Positions 20,071-31,639 of a stretch of DNA of 64,000 bases are shown here, piece by piece. Below the pieces are notes generated by a model. That model saw only the letters and a list, made by a program, of their open reading frames with translations. It searched no databases and had not been told where the DNA came from. Source of the DNA: Silvanigrellaceae bacterium (GTDB lineage Bacteria > Bdellovibrionota_B > Oligoflexia > Silvanigrellales > Silvanigrellaceae); NCBI GenBank assembly GCA_049423385.1, contig JBMSQQ010000002.1:1-64000 (forward strand). The letters run 5' to 3'. Made by a program: the position numbers and the translations under genes. Within the stretch, counting starts at the first letter, position 1. Each line of letters opens with the position of its first letter.

Positions 20071-21303
20071 ATGGCAGACATGAACCTTCCGCTCTCAGAA
20101 CTCGGCAGAACGCATATTCAATGGAATGATGAATATGGCGCCCACAATTATCACCCCATTCCCGTGGTTCTGGCTCGAGGTGAAGCAGAATGGGTTTGGG
20201 ATGTGGACGGCAAACGTTATCTGGACATGCTGAGTGCTTACAGTGCGGTGAACCAGGGTCATGTGCATCCCAGGATGATGGAAACCCTTGTGCAACAGGC
20301 GGCTCGAATCACCCTGACGTCGCGTGCTTTCTACAACGACCAGCTTGGCCCGTGGCTGAAGGAATTGACTCGTCTTTGTTCCAGGGATCGCGCCTTGCCA
20401 ATGAATTCTGGAGCCGAAGCGGTTGAGACTGCAGTCAAGCTTGCCCGGAAGTGGGGATACCGCAGCAAGAAGGTTCCCCATGATCAAGCTGAAATCATTG
20501 TTTGCGATTCGAACTTTCATGGACGTACAACCATGATTGTCGGATTTTCCTCGGACCCGCAGTACCGCGCAGATTTTGGACCATTCACCGGGGGATTCAA
20601 AATCATTCCCTATGGCGACTCCAAGGCTCTTGAGTCAGCCATCACTCCGAATACAGTTGGATTTCTTGTTGAACCCATTCAGGGGGAAGCTGGAGTTATT
20701 GTTCCTCCAGCGGGTTATCTGGCTGAATGCGATCGGATTTGCAAAAAGAACAACGTCTTGTTCATGGTTGACGAGATTCAGACCGGACTTTGTCGGACCG
20801 GTAAAATGTTCTGCCATGAACATGAGGATTGCAAACCGGATCTGTTGATTCTGGGCAAGGCACTTGGCGGCGGCTTCTATCCCATTTCCGCCGTCGTCGG
20901 CGATGATGCCGTGCTTGGATTGTTGAAGCCGGGCGATCATGGTTCGACTTTCGGTGGAAACCCTTTGGCTTGCGCACTGTCACGCACAGCCCTCAAAATT
21001 TTGCAGGATGAAAATCTGGCCAAGAGGGCTGGAGAGCTTGGAGAGTTGTTCCGCACGCGCCTTTCGAAAACCTTGCCTGCATCAAAGGTCAAGGAAGTTC
21101 GTGGCAAGGGACTTTTGAATGCGATTGAACTGACGACTGCCGCGGGCCCGGCACGTATTTATTCCGAGCAGTTGGCGCTGCGCGGAGTATTGGCAAAAGA
21201 AACGCGATCGACAACGATTCGATTTGCTCCACCGTTGGTGATTTCCCGTGAATCCATCGAATGGGCGATGACCCAGATTGAGGGCGTATTCGCCGGACAA
21301 TAG
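20071..21303 (+). CDS. rocD: Ornithine--oxo-acid transaminase
   Basis: [55 protein letters not shown]. Confidence 0.95.
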   Translation: MADMNLPLSELGRTHIQWNDEYGAHNYHPIPVVLARGEAEWVWDVDGKRYLDMLSAYSAVNQGHVHPRMMETLVQQAARITLTSRAFYNDQLGPWLKELTRLCSRDRALPMNSGAEAVETAVKLARKWGYRSKKVPHDQAEIIVCDSNFHGRTTMIVGFSSDPQYRADFGPFTGGFKIIPYGDSKALESAITPNTVGFLVEPIQGEAGVIVPPAGYLAECDRICKKNNVLFMVDEIQTGLCRTGKMFCHEHEDCKPDLLILGKALGGGFYPISAVVGDDAVLGLLKPGDHGSTFGGNPLACALSRTALKILQDENLAKRAGELGELFRTRLSKTLPASKVKEVRGKGLLNAIELTTAAGPARIYSEQLALRGVLAKETRSTTIRFAPPLVISRESIEWAMTQIEGVFAGQ

Positions 21304-21330
21304 GCAAAAGCCGGTTTGTGCGCTGAAATT

Positions 21331-23991
21331 TCAAATCGCAATTTCAAGGTTTTCGTCCAGAGTTTCGGAAGTATCCTCTTCCGGCTCCAGTTGCTCTGTG
21401 AATGTCCGTTCCCGTTCCTGAGCATCCTTGAGTGCTGATTTCACCATGTCTGGATTGCCAACTTCGTTTATTTTGACCCAATTGTACGGCAGCGCTCCAC
21501 CGTTGGTGCGAATCTCCTCTCCCCTCGATGCATCATCCGATCGTGCTTCACCAAACAACACGCAGGGAATATCGCGACAACCCACCTGAATACGGCGTTT
21601 GAGTCCGGTCGAAAGTTCGTCCGGAAAAGCGATGTATTCGAAGCTTCCCTTGTGCAAAAGTTCAAAGAAACTGTGAACGGTTGATGTTTCCTGGACCTTG
21701 AAGCCAAGCTCGGTGAGAGTGTTTGACAAAACGAGCGCGTCTTTTTGATGATTTTTTGAAATATTCCCCAGGAGCACTTTTCCGAGGGAAGGAACAAGGT
21801 CACGTACGGTATGCTTGGTGAGCAGCCCCAGTTTTCCGATGCTTTCCCTGATGGATTTGTTCATGGTGAGGATGAGCAACTTGTGCAGTTCGTCCTGCTC
21901 GAAAGGCAACGTCAAGTAGCCTACAAATCCAAGGCGCAATGCAGTCAGGGACTCGCCTCGCCGAGGCTGCTGACTCATCAGAATTGCCGGAGTTCCCTTT
22001 GAACGGACATAATTGATGACTTTTTGAATTTGCTTTTCTTTCAATTTTTGAGTGTTGGAAATGAACAACAGCATGCATTCATTCGCGTTGGAGAATTGAT
22101 GTTCCAGCGCATCCACGGGAGTCAGCCACTGACAGCTCAACTGCTGAGATGATTCAATCAGGCTTCTTGCCTCCTCCGGAAGGATGTCATCGGACACAAT
22201 CACAAGGCTTTCAGGAAGCTGACGGCCCGACAGATCGAGGTCAAATGCTTCGATTCGGTTCATGCCAGCTTGAATTGAAATGTTGATGCGGATGAATTCG
22301 TCGTTGTTGAGAAGTTCGTCCGCCGTGTTTGATAAAGAAAGGAAAGGCGAATAATGCGAAAGATAGATTTGTAGAGATGGATCACGAAGAACTGCAGAGC
22401 CGTCGGGAGAGAAAAGCGAAATAACAAGTTTTTTTTCAGTTGGATTGTATCCAACGTTCATTGTGATTGCAGTGAAAGAGTTTGTTTCGTGACAAGATTG
22501 AAAGATGCCTTTGAGGAATTGTCTCAGGTGAGTGGGGTCGCCAACCACAAAAGTCGGCAGAGTCTTTTCCAGTTCGACGTTGACCCGCATGGAACCATCG
22601 CTTGACTCATGAATTTCGCGGAAAAATTGAAAGACGTTGAATTCAATTTTATGGGTTGCCAGCGATGGGTTTGAAGCATTTGAAATCTCAAGAAGGCTGT
22701 GAATGTTGTCGATCAATGACTCACACATGTGCAGGAATGATTCCGCTTTGGCGCCTGGAATTTCGCGCGCTGCATTTTGCAGCCTGTGGATGATTTTCAA
22801 TTGACTGTTGGCTTGTTCGAGAATCACGTCTTCAATATTGTGATTATTGCCGAGCACCTGTTCCCGGACGAGCGCAAATACGGCAAATCTCTCTCCATGG
22901 TTGATGATGGTGGAGATGGAGTAGTGGAATCGACGCGAGCCTTCAGGAAGTTCAACGGAACATGGCGTGCCTTGCACCTTCGGGTGTTTTTGATTCAGAA
23001 CTTTGGCAAGTCTGGCGCCAATTTCCTCGTCCAATTGAAGATAGGAGTTCAAGAACGCCGAAGCTTGAAGATTTTGCACCAGATCAGGGTCAAGGCCAAT
23101 CTCGTCGAGAAACTGTTCCATGGCTTCATTGATGAACTTAAGGCGACCATTCTGGCTAAATATTGCAATGGGTTCATTGACCGTGTTGAAAGATTTCAGC
23201 CAGCCATCCCTCGAGTTTTTTTGCTTGCGATCCTGTTCTTCGAGAATAAAGGCGATTTGGCCAAATTCATCGCCTTCGAATTGTTCGAGCGGAAATCGCG
23301 ATTGTTCCTCGAGGCGCTCAATTGTTATTTTTGAATTGTGGAGTTGTTTGACTCTGGCCGCATCTGAAAGGCGTCGGCTGAGCAAAGAATCACGCAGAAT
23401 ATGAAGAGGTTTGAAAACATATTGTTTTGCGAAAATAAAAAATATCGCACATGAAGACATCAACACGATAAGCAGAGCAAATGCCAGCCAACGCTGAAAA
23501 ATCAGCGTCTCGCGCGATATTTTGAGTTCCGGAAAATCCTTTTCGCCAAGGACCAATGACGAATTTGATTCAATCAGAGGATGCTTGTTGATGATCCAGA
23601 TGATGTCGCCATTTGCCTGTGCACTGACTGCAAAGGCACTTTTCGACAGATTCTCTGGAAGCAAAACCCTCAGGATCAGCCGATTTGATTCAAGCAGGAT
23701 GGGCGCCGCATCATCGGGATTCTCGTATCTCGGTTGGATGAGATGGTTCAGTCCATTCAGGCCCAGTTGATCGTTTGCAGCCCAACGGCTGACGGCGAGG
23801 TTCACGGCTTCCTGTTGAAATTTTTTAGTCTGCAAATCAGAGATGTAAAAGATTGCGCCCAGGCCCAGCAGACCCAGGGCAACGAAACTCACAATCATTG
23901 TGAAGCGGAATCTGTCTTCAACAGACAGAGACAGGCTTGCTGCACCACGACGGTTCGGTTTTGCATTTCCACCCAGGTCGCGACTGGTCAT
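21331..23991 (-). CDS. Membrane protein with degenerate hybrid-kinase architecture (TM-TM-HAMP-PAS-pseudoHK-pseudoREC x2)
   Basis: Two TM helices; PAS-like [31 protein letters not shown] and [14 protein letters not shown] remnants; no H-, N- or G-box. Confidence 0.65.
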   Translation of the reverse strand: MTSRDLGGNAKPNRRGAASLSLSVEDRFRFTMIVSFVALGLLGLGAIFYISDLQTKKFQQEAVNLAVSRWAANDQLGLNGLNHLIQPRYENPDDAAPILLESNRLILRVLLPENLSKSAFAVSAQANGDIIWIINKHPLIESNSSLVLGEKDFPELKISRETLIFQRWLAFALLIVLMSSCAIFFIFAKQYVFKPLHILRDSLLSRRLSDAARVKQLHNSKITIERLEEQSRFPLEQFEGDEFGQIAFILEEQDRKQKNSRDGWLKSFNTVNEPIAIFSQNGRLKFINEAMEQFLDEIGLDPDLVQNLQASAFLNSYLQLDEEIGARLAKVLNQKHPKVQGTPCSVELPEGSRRFHYSISTIINHGERFAVFALVREQVLGNNHNIEDVILEQANSQLKIIHRLQNAAREIPGAKAESFLHMCESLIDNIHSLLEISNASNPSLATHKIEFNVFQFFREIHESSDGSMRVNVELEKTLPTFVVGDPTHLRQFLKGIFQSCHETNSFTAITMNVGYNPTEKKLVISLFSPDGSAVLRDPSLQIYLSHYSPFLSLSNTADELLNNDEFIRINISIQAGMNRIEAFDLDLSGRQLPESLVIVSDDILPEEARSLIESSQQLSCQWLTPVDALEHQFSNANECMLLFISNTQKLKEKQIQKVINYVRSKGTPAILMSQQPRRGESLTALRLGFVGYLTLPFEQDELHKLLILTMNKSIRESIGKLGLLTKHTVRDLVPSLGKVLLGNISKNHQKDALVLSNTLTELGFKVQETSTVHSFFELLHKGSFEYIAFPDELSTGLKRRIQVGCRDIPCVLFGEARSDDASRGEEIRTNGGALPYNWVKINEVGNPDMVKSALKDAQERERTFTEQLEPEEDTSETLDENLEIAI

Positions 23992-24227
23992 TTAGACTCC
24001 TTGCGGTACCCGAGATCACTCGGATTTTTAAGCGCGCTTCCAGCCCGGAGAATGATCGGAGGAAAGCGAATAAATTTGAGGCAGATTTTTTTTTGTGGTT
24101 GCAAACGCAGTGGGGGTGGTCTAGGAGTATTGGGGTGTTCAATCGTTTGAACACTTTTTCGCTCCGAAACTCGTTCGAGTTTTGGCCGCTGTCTAATCAA
24201 CCCCCCTTTATTATTCGGAAAATCTAC

Positions 24228-26111
24228 ATGGCTGACGAGAACAAGCCTCTTGACGAGTTGACTGTTGATGAGTCGAATTCCCCCCGTAAACGTCCATCGC
24301 GCAGATTTGTGAGAAAAGACGAGGGAGCAGGCGACGATGTTGGCGCGGAAGGGTCGGTCTCCGAAGCTGCGGCTGGTTCAGGGGATGAGGATTCCAAGGG
24401 AGTCAGCACGTTCGTTCCTCAAAAAAGGGAAGATCGTCGTGGGTTTATGCCACGACGCGAGGCTCAAGCTGCTGCACCTGTGGCAGGCGAAGCATCACGC
24501 GAAGGCACAGCTCCCATGCCAAGTCCTGCCATGAATCCTGTCAGGGAGGCGGCTGCCGGTCCTGTGTCCGCGGCACCTACTCCCCAGGCTGCGAATGGCG
24601 GAAGCGGACCCGTTCAAGGTCAGCAAGGACATCCGCAGGGGCAGCACGGTGGGCACCACGGTCAGCACGGACAACATGGCCATCAGCAATTCCGTCGGCC
24701 AGGCCATGGCGGCGGACAACACCAAGGTCGCCCGCATGGTCAAGGTGGATTTCAGCAGCGCCAGGGCGGTGGAAATTTCAATCCGAATTTCAAAAGATCC
24801 GACAAACAACAGATGCCCATGATAGAGCAGAAGGAGCCGGAATTCAACGCGATCGTTCCGGTGATGAACCTCATGGAACTGAAAGAAAAGCACATCAGTG
24901 ACCTTGTTCAAATGGCGCGCGAAATGGGCATCGAAGGTGCTGCCAACCTTCGCAAGCAAGATCTCGTGTTCGCATTGCTTGGAGCACAAGCAGCGCGCAA
25001 TGGCGTTGTTTATTCTGAAGGCGTGCTTGAAACACTGCCAGATGGCTTCGGCTTTCTGCGCGCACCAGACTACAACTATCTTCCTGGGCCGGACGATATT
25101 TATGTGTCGCCATCGCAAATCCGCAGATTCAACCTGCGCACGGGCGATACGGTTTCAGGTCAAATCCGTCCACCGAAAGACAACGAACGTTATTTCGCTC
25201 TTTTGAAGGTTGAATCCGTCAACATGGAACCACCCGATCTGACGGGTGAGAAAATCCTGTTCGACAACTTGACCACGATTCACCCGAATGAGCGTTTGAA
25301 GCTTGAATATCATCCGGAAGTGCTCAGCACACGTACCATCGACTTGATGTCGCCTATCGGCAAGGGCCAGCGTTCGCTGATCGTTGCGCCACCGCGCACA
25401 GGTAAAACGGTACTTTTGCAGAACATTGCAACAGCAATCGCGCACAACCATCCTGAAGTTGTGTTGATTGTTCTCCTGATTGACGAGCGTCCCGAAGAAG
25501 TGACCGAAATGGAACGCACCGTGAAGGGCGAAGTCGTTTCGAGTACGTTCGACGAGCCGGCGTCGCGTCACGTTCAGGTGGCCGAAATGGTGATCGAAAA
25601 GGCCAAGCGGCTTGTTGAACATAAAAAAGATGTCGTGATTCTTCTCGACTCGATCACCCGTTTGGCTCGTGCGTACAACTCGGTTGTTCCGCCGAGCGGC
25701 AAGATCCTCACCGGTGGTGTGGATGCCAATGCCCTTCACAAACCCAAGCGCTTTTTCGGAGCAGCCCGCAACGTCGAGGAAGGTGGAAGTTTGACCATCA
25801 TCGCGACAGCACTGATCGAAACGGGAAGCCGCATGGACGAAGTGATCTTTGAAGAGTTCAAGGGTACGGGCAACATGGAATTGGTGCTTGATCGTCGGTT
25901 GGCCGAACGTCGCGTCTTTCCTGCGATCGACATCAACAAGTCGGGAACACGTCGCGAAGACTTGCTGTTGCCCAAGGACATCCTCAACCGCTTGTGGGTC
26001 CTGCGCAAGGTGATTCATCCGATGAGCCCTATCGAGTCGATGGAGTTTTTGATCCAGCGGCTTGAAAGAACAGAAACCAACAATGATTTTCTTGGAAGCA
26101 TGAACGGTTAA
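24228..26111 (+). CDS. rho: Transcription termination factor Rho with 212-aa N-terminal extension
   Basis: [69 protein letters not shown]; start ATG 24228 is my estimate. Confidence 0.97.
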   Translation: MADENKPLDELTVDESNSPRKRPSRRFVRKDEGAGDDVGAEGSVSEAAAGSGDEDSKGVSTFVPQKREDRRGFMPRREAQAAAPVAGEASREGTAPMPSPAMNPVREAAAGPVSAAPTPQAANGGSGPVQGQQGHPQGQHGGHHGQHGQHGHQQFRRPGHGGGQHQGRPHGQGGFQQRQGGGNFNPNFKRSDKQQMPMIEQKEPEFNAIVPVMNLMELKEKHISDLVQMAREMGIEGAANLRKQDLVFALLGAQAARNGVVYSEGVLETLPDGFGFLRAPDYNYLPGPDDIYVSPSQIRRFNLRTGDTVSGQIRPPKDNERYFALLKVESVNMEPPDLTGEKILFDNLTTIHPNERLKLEYHPEVLSTRTIDLMSPIGKGQRSLIVAPPRTGKTVLLQNIATAIAHNHPEVVLIVLLIDERPEEVTEMERTVKGEVVSSTFDEPASRHVQVAEMVIEKAKRLVEHKKDVVILLDSITRLARAYNSVVPPSGKILTGGVDANALHKPKRFFGAARNVEEGGSLTIIATALIETGSRMDEVIFEEFKGTGNMELVLDRRLAERRVFPAIDINKSGTRREDLLLPKDILNRLWVLRKVIHPMSPIESMEFLIQRLERTETNNDFLGSMNG

Positions 26112-26133
26112 TACAAAGGGAGAGGGTGAGGTG

Positions 26134-27246
26134 ATGACCCTGTCGACAGACATTTCACTCTCCGCATTGTTGGAGCTGCCGCAGTCCGCGGCAGCTTCTT
26201 CTTTGTCGGAGTTGCAAAATTTGATTGATGATGAACGCACCCGCTGCCTGAAGGTCACGGCACTGCCGTTGGCATCTTTCACGGAACTCCAGGCAGATGA
26301 AGTACGTGTGCGCTTCACCGGAAGAAAGTCTCCGTTGCAGGATTGGCTCAAGGGATTGAGAAATTATCCGGCCGAAGAGCGCAAGGAGGCGGGAGCAAAG
26401 ATCAATCAGCTGAAAGCAATACTGGAAGCTGAAATCGAGAAGTTTGTCAGCGCATGTCGAAATTTTGCGGAGGAAAGGAAACTCGCGGAAGAATTCGTTG
26501 ATCTTTCCCTGCCCATGCCTGAGCTGCGTTTGGGCTCGCGTCATCCGGTATCTTTGGCGGTACAGCAATTGCTTGAACCACTCAAGCGACTGGGATTCAC
26601 TGTCATCGATGGACCAGAACTTGAGCGTGAATTTTACAATTTTGAAGCTCTCAATATTCCCGCAGAGCACCCTGCACGTGAGATGCAGGACACGTTTTTC
26701 GTGGCCTCGGAATGGGTTCTACGGACACACACGAGCAGTGTTCAAGCACATGCGATGATGGAACGTGGAGTTCCATTGCGCGTGGCGTGTGCGGGTTTCA
26801 CCTATCGCAATGAATTGGACCTGACCCACGTGCCCACCTTCCGTCAGATCGAGTGCCTGGTGGTCGACAAGGGAATCACATTGGCGCACATGCGCAGCAC
26901 GCTTGATGCGTTTTTTGCCGAGGTGTTTGGTCGTCCTGTCAAACTGCGCCTGCGCTCCAGCTATTTTCCGTTCACAGAACCGAGTGCCGAAATCGACGTA
27001 CAGTGCCAACAATGTTTTGGTGCCGGCTGCCGCAGCTGCAAACACACAGGCTGGTTGGAAATGGGCGGATGTGGACTTGTAAACACCCGCGTGCTCGACC
27101 GTTGTGGTGTGGATTCCAAAGTCTACAGCGGCTTCGCGTTCGGCATGGGAGTCGATCGGATTGCCATGAGCAAGTTTGGAATCGCCGACCTGCGTTCACT
27201 GTTTGAAGGCGACGTTTTGCTTTCGCGCCAGCTGTCTTTGCGTTGA
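26134..27246 (+). CDS. pheS: Phenylalanine--tRNA ligase alpha subunit
   Basis: NFEALNIPAEHPAREMQDTF, LRTHTS, YFPFTEPS, CxxC..CxxC, GFAFGMGVDR. Confidence 0.96.
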   Translation: MTLSTDISLSALLELPQSAAASSLSELQNLIDDERTRCLKVTALPLASFTELQADEVRVRFTGRKSPLQDWLKGLRNYPAEERKEAGAKINQLKAILEAEIEKFVSACRNFAEERKLAEEFVDLSLPMPELRLGSRHPVSLAVQQLLEPLKRLGFTVIDGPELEREFYNFEALNIPAEHPAREMQDTFFVASEWVLRTHTSSVQAHAMMERGVPLRVACAGFTYRNELDLTHVPTFRQIECLVVDKGITLAHMRSTLDAFFAEVFGRPVKLRLRSSYFPFTEPSAEIDVQCQQCFGAGCRSCKHTGWLEMGGCGLVNTRVLDRCGVDSKVYSGFAFGMGVDRIAMSKFGIADLRSLFEGDVLLSRQLSLR

Positions 27247-27258
27247 GGGGATGGAATC

Positions 27259-30150
27259 GTGCTTATCAGTTTGAAACTCATCGATCGTCTTTTCCTGCAG
27301 CTGCCGCTTTTGCCCGGAACGAACGCGGAACTTTCTCCGTGCTGGCAGCGCTGGGACGTTGCATCGTTTGCAGAGATTTTCACCCGCCAGGGATTTGAAG
27401 TTGAATCGCAAACCTTGCGTGGCAAGGGATTCGAAAAAGTAGTGGTTGGCGTCATCAAGTCTGCCGAGCGACACCCCAAAGCAGACAAGCTGCAAGTGTG
27501 TCAGGTCCAGACAGGCCCGAATGATGTTCGCCAAATCGTCTGCGGAGCAGCGAATGCGCGGGCTGGGCTTTACGTTGCAGTTGCTTTGCCGGGAGCTGTG
27601 TTGCCAAACGGACTGGAGATCAAGGTCTCGAAGATCCGCGATGTCGAAAGCAGCGGCATGCTCTGTTCGCGTGAAGAGCTCGGCTTGAATGTGGAAGAAG
27701 ACCGCGACGGGAGCGGTATCTGGGAACTTCATTCGGAAGCGTCCTGTGGACTGCCGGAAGCAAAGCTGGCCACTGTTCTTGGCACGCCGGTTTTTCATGC
27801 CCTCGGACTGGATGATGTTCTGTTTGAATTGAACGTCACTCCAAATCGTCCAGACCTTTTGGGACACGAAGGTGCCGCGCGCGAATTGTGCGCCGGCTTG
27901 AAATGGCAAGGAAAGAATTCGGTTGAGCTGAAAGCATGGCCGAGCGAATGGACGGCAAGTGTGTCTGCCGAACAGATCCTGTCTGAAGCTCAGGAACGAA
28001 CTCAATTGGAAACAAAGGCTGGTGCATTTGCAGCACAGAACGAATTGGGTGCGCCCACGTTTTTTGTTGCCCTCGATGACGTCAAGGTGTCTTCAACGCC
28101 TGGCTGGTTGAGAAATAGTCTTGAGGCTTTGGGTCAAAAGAGCATCAATTCCGTGGTGGATGCGGGTAACCTTGTGCTGTTGTGTTTTGCACAGCCAAAC
28201 CACGCCTTCGACGTTGCCAAGCTTGCCAAGGGGAAGGATGGTCATCGTCAACTCAGTCTGCGTTTCGCTCGCGAATCCGAAGGCTTTATTGGCCTTGATG
28301 GCAAAGAGCGGACACTCGCGGCGAATGATTGTGTTGTTGCCGATGAATCGCAAGTCCAGGCACTTCTGGGCGTGATTGGTGGAGAGCACTCAAAAGTCTC
28401 GACCGGATCGACAAGTCTTGTGCTTGAATTTGCAAATCCACATCCGGTGTTGGTTCGTCGCACTTCGCGTCGTCATGGACGCAAGACAGACAGCAGTTTT
28501 GCCTTTGAAAAAGGGATCGACGTATTCCGTCGAGCGGAAGCCGCGCAAAAGCTTGTCGGGTTGATCTCCGCGTTGCAGTCCAAGACTGAAGGTTCAGTCA
28601 AATATGTCGGCTCAGCTGCTGCGCGTGTGAGCAGCAGTATTTCTGCTGCGGCGAGTTCCTTTTTTCCGGATGGAAACAATCTTCTCAAGCATCTCGACGC
28701 AGGCAAGGCACAGCCTTCGAAAAACTTTGAATTGCTGTTCTCTTTGGAAGATCTCGCATTGCGCGTTGGCAATGAACTTGTTGGTTTCGATGAACAGTTG
28801 AAAATTCTTTCTGCTCTTGGGTTTGTCGTCGAAAAATCTGCAGCAGCTGCAAAAATCACGGTTCCCACCTGGCGCCGGCTTGATGTTGTTGGTGTTGCTG
28901 ATTTGGTTGAGGAGATTGTTCGGGTTGTCGGCATTGATCACGTGCCTGCACTACCGATGAATTCAGTCGGACGCGTTGTGCCCGATGATTCACATTTGTC
29001 GGCATTCGAGACGGTTGCAAACCGCATGGTGAGCCTCGGGTACCACGAAACAGCAGGCTTTCATTTCATGCGCGCGGATGATTGGAAGAAACTCAATCAA
29101 GCGAGCATCAACGCCTGTGGTGAGCCTGTGGCATTGCTCAATCCCATTATCAGGGATGAGCCCTTGATGCAGACGACTCTGTTGAGTGGGTTGCTGCGGA
29201 AGGTTGCGTTCAATCTGAATTATGGCAACAAGCGCGGCCAGTTGTTTGAAGTTTCGCGCACATTCCAAAATACAAACAGCCACGGACAACGCGTCTTCAA
29301 GGACAATGGTGTGGCGGTTGGTTTGCTCGAAACGTTGGCTGCTGCGAAGCAAGACCAGCTTCTGGAGTATTCTCCGGCTGCAGCATTGACTTTGAGCAAA
29401 GAAGCGACGGCTGGTGAACGCCCCGCAGAAACACCGCGACTCTGTGGAGTTGTTTTTGGCTCTGAAGAGGAAAAAGAATGGTCCAACAGTGGTGATAAGC
29501 CATGGACCTTGCATCGCATTGCTTCACATGTCGAAGAGGTTCTTCAGACTTTTGGATTGAAACCTGAACTGCAGAAAATACCGCAACAACATCCGTTACG
29601 TCCGGCATTGCATCCGGGTCGCTCGGCACAGGTTGTGGTTCGTCGCGGGCAAGATTCGATTCCATTGGGGTGGGTTGCCCAATTTCACCCTGCCACACTC
29701 CGCGCGTTTGAGATCGAAGGTTTGTGTCTTGGTTTTGAATTGAATCTTGCCAGCGCATTGGCCTTGGGCGCAAGACTTGTGGCGGAAAAGCAAAGCGCGC
29801 AGAAGCCCGCATCAAAGGCAGCAACAAGCAACGTTCGCTTGCCAAGTGTTGAACGCGATTTCGCATTTTTGCTTGATGAATCGGTGAACGCGGAAAAGTT
29901 GACCTCCTGTGTGAAGTTGGCGGTCGAAGCTGATGCTTTGGATGAGCACAAGATTCCAGCGCGATTGCTGGGAGTTCGGATTTTCGACGTCTACCGTGGA
30001 CAAGGTGTGCCTGTGGGTCACAAGAGCGTTGCCTTGAGGGTCACCCTGTTGCCAACCGAACGAACTTTGGTTGAAGCCGACATTGCCCTCGTGACGCAAT
30101 CCGTTGTGGGTCGGGTCACTCGCGACTGTGGTGCCCAGCTGCGTGGTTGA
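27259..30150 (+). CDS. pheT: Phenylalanine--tRNA ligase beta subunit
   Basis: HPKADKL, IVCGAAN, SSGMLCS, TPNRPD, FEKG, DLVEEIVR, C-terminal FDX-ACB (RDFAF, FDVYRG, KSVA). Confidence 0.95.
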   Translation: MLISLKLIDRLFLQLPLLPGTNAELSPCWQRWDVASFAEIFTRQGFEVESQTLRGKGFEKVVVGVIKSAERHPKADKLQVCQVQTGPNDVRQIVCGAANARAGLYVAVALPGAVLPNGLEIKVSKIRDVESSGMLCSREELGLNVEEDRDGSGIWELHSEASCGLPEAKLATVLGTPVFHALGLDDVLFELNVTPNRPDLLGHEGAARELCAGLKWQGKNSVELKAWPSEWTASVSAEQILSEAQERTQLETKAGAFAAQNELGAPTFFVALDDVKVSSTPGWLRNSLEALGQKSINSVVDAGNLVLLCFAQPNHAFDVAKLAKGKDGHRQLSLRFARESEGFIGLDGKERTLAANDCVVADESQVQALLGVIGGEHSKVSTGSTSLVLEFANPHPVLVRRTSRRHGRKTDSSFAFEKGIDVFRRAEAAQKLVGLISALQSKTEGSVKYVGSAAARVSSSISAAASSFFPDGNNLLKHLDAGKAQPSKNFELLFSLEDLALRVGNELVGFDEQLKILSALGFVVEKSAAAAKITVPTWRRLDVVGVADLVEEIVRVVGIDHVPALPMNSVGRVVPDDSHLSAFETVANRMVSLGYHETAGFHFMRADDWKKLNQASINACGEPVALLNPIIRDEPLMQTTLLSGLLRKVAFNLNYGNKRGQLFEVSRTFQNTNSHGQRVFKDNGVAVGLLETLAAAKQDQLLEYSPAAALTLSKEATAGERPAETPRLCGVVFGSEEEKEWSNSGDKPWTLHRIASHVEEVLQTFGLKPELQKIPQQHPLRPALHPGRSAQVVVRRGQDSIPLGWVAQFHPATLRAFEIEGLCLGFELNLASALALGARLVAEKQSAQKPASKAATSNVRLPSVERDFAFLLDESVNAEKLTSCVKLAVEADALDEHKIPARLLGVRIFDVYRGQGVPVGHKSVALRVTLLPTERTLVEADIALVTQSVVGRVTRDCGAQLRG

Positions 30151-30235
30151 AGCAGTCGTGCTCAAAAAAGATGTTGACCGTCCGGCTCAGTTGGAAGTAT
30201 GTCGCCCGGAAGTTCACCATAGAAGGAGTTTCAGC

Positions 30236-30592
30236 ATGAAGAGAGCTCTTGTACTTGCATCTTTGCTGGCAGCGGGAAGTGCATCCGCGGATTGGGCAGA
30301 TGCGACTGGCGGGTCACCTGCGTATCCCCAAATTTGTATCTTCAACCAGACCCCTTACAGCGTGGACATTTCTGTCAATGGCCAACGGATGTACGTAGGA
30401 CCGTCCTACACGACACGCATCCAGAGCTATCAAAACGGTCCTTCTCTTGTTCAGTTGAACACGCGTCAATTGGCAGGCCCATATGCCAACCCGATTTGGG
30501 TTCAGGCTTATGTGAATCCGGCCTACTACGGTTGCACTTCCCAAAACTCACTGAGCATTTTCAGCTACGGTGACGTTCTCGGATTGCGCTGA
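30236..30592 (+). CDS. Small secreted hypothetical protein
   Basis: AAGGAG RBS; signal MKRALVLASLLAAGSASA-; Tyr/Gln/Asn-rich beta-type mature part with two Cys. Confidence 0.75.
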   Translation: MKRALVLASLLAAGSASADWADATGGSPAYPQICIFNQTPYSVDISVNGQRMYVGPSYTTRIQSYQNGPSLVQLNTRQLAGPYANPIWVQAYVNPAYYGCTSQNSLSIFSYGDVLGLR

Positions 30593-30613
30593 TTGCATTG
30601 GCTGAGCGAATCA

Positions 30614-30642
30614 AGTCCGTCCGAAAGGGCGGATTTTTTTTT
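30614..30642 (+). terminator. Intrinsic terminator
   Basis: AGTCCGTCC-GAAA-GGGCGGATT followed by a T-run. Confidence 0.85.
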
Positions 30643-30700
30643 GCCGTGAACGACAATCTTTAGCTTAATGATGCAAAATGTCAGCGGAAAGTATTTAAGC

Positions 30701-30728
30701 TCAAGCGGGCGGAAGACACTTCCGAAAC
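30701..30728 (+). promoter_or_regulatory. Possible sigma28-type promoter
   Basis: TCAAGCGG-N12-TCCGAAAC, 20 nt before ATG 30749. Confidence 0.4.
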
Positions 30729-30748
30729 GTCCTCAGAAGGGGAACACG

Positions 30749-31597
30749 ATGAAGTTTGCGATGAGTCTCATAGCAATCTTTTTGGTGGCAGGCTGCAGCA
30801 CCGGCGACTTTGGCAGCAGCACATCGTCTGGTCGCAAAAAATCCCAGACATCCCAGAGCCCCGGGAATTCAAGCAATGCGAATGGCAACCAGGCGGCAGA
30901 CTCAGCAGCCAACGTGTCAAAAGACAACAACGGTGGCAGTCGCGAGGTGACTGAAAATGAAAGTCCAGTCGCGCCGGTGCCAGTATTGGGAAGTTATCTT
31001 GTAGCGATGGCAGTCGATTTGCAGGGCAATCCAGTGTCCAACGCCGCTGTGAATCTTGATGAAGACGCTGGTTCGACGTCGGAGACGGGATATTCCGACG
31101 CGAAAGGTCTGGTGAAATTGAAATTCGCGGATGCAAACAAAATTTCCCGTATTCGGCTCAAACGGGCGGGTGCATCAACTTCAACGAGCGTGTTGACACT
31201 GACATCAGAAGATAAAAAGGCTTTGTTGGAAACTGTCCTGCTTGAATCTGACAATGTCCCTGTCCCGCCAAAACTTTTGCAAATCAAGTCGGATGGTAGC
31301 GGTGGCTCGGTGTTGATTGCGAGCATCGTGAATCCGCAAACCGACACCACGCCTCCAAGTGTTTCTGGTGTGAACACGGCACCTGACGGTGCCGGTGGAA
31401 AACTTGTCACCATCAATGCCTCTGACGCGCAAACCGGCTTGCACGACCAGGCTTATTCGTTCGATTCTGGCGTGACTTGGTCTGCTTCGAATCAAAAGAG
31501 TTTTCCGACAGGAACCGTTCTGCAAAGTGGAACAATGCGTGTTCGCGACCGGGCTGGAAATGTTTCAATTGTAAACAATTTCAATCTCGGGCTTTGA
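30749..31597 (+). CDS. Lipoprotein with carboxypeptidase-regulatory-like and Ig-like domains
   Basis: LVAG-C lipobox; VDLQGNPVSNAAV..SDAKG; DTTPPSV..ASDAQTGL..YSFDSG..VRDRAGN. Confidence 0.75.
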   Translation: MKFAMSLIAIFLVAGCSTGDFGSSTSSGRKKSQTSQSPGNSSNANGNQAADSAANVSKDNNGGSREVTENESPVAPVPVLGSYLVAMAVDLQGNPVSNAAVNLDEDAGSTSETGYSDAKGLVKLKFADANKISRIRLKRAGASTSTSVLTLTSEDKKALLETVLLESDNVPVPPKLLQIKSDGSGGSVLIASIVNPQTDTTPPSVSGVNTAPDGAGGKLVTINASDAQTGLHDQAYSFDSGVTWSASNQKSFPTGTVLQSGTMRVRDRAGNVSIVNNFNLGL

Positions 31598-31639
31598 CAC
31601 TGGTCGTCCAATCTTAACATGCCATCAAATCAACTTGAT

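Noticed and set aside
23937..24227. Upstream extension of the Rho ORF given in the ORF track
   Set aside because: TTG start overlapping the divergent gene and non-protein-like composition; ATG 24228 is preferred.
25155..26351. 398-aa ORF antisense to rho, and similar long antisense ORFs over rpoD, glnA, lon and nuo
   Set aside because: Shadow frames of conserved genes with no recognisable motifs.
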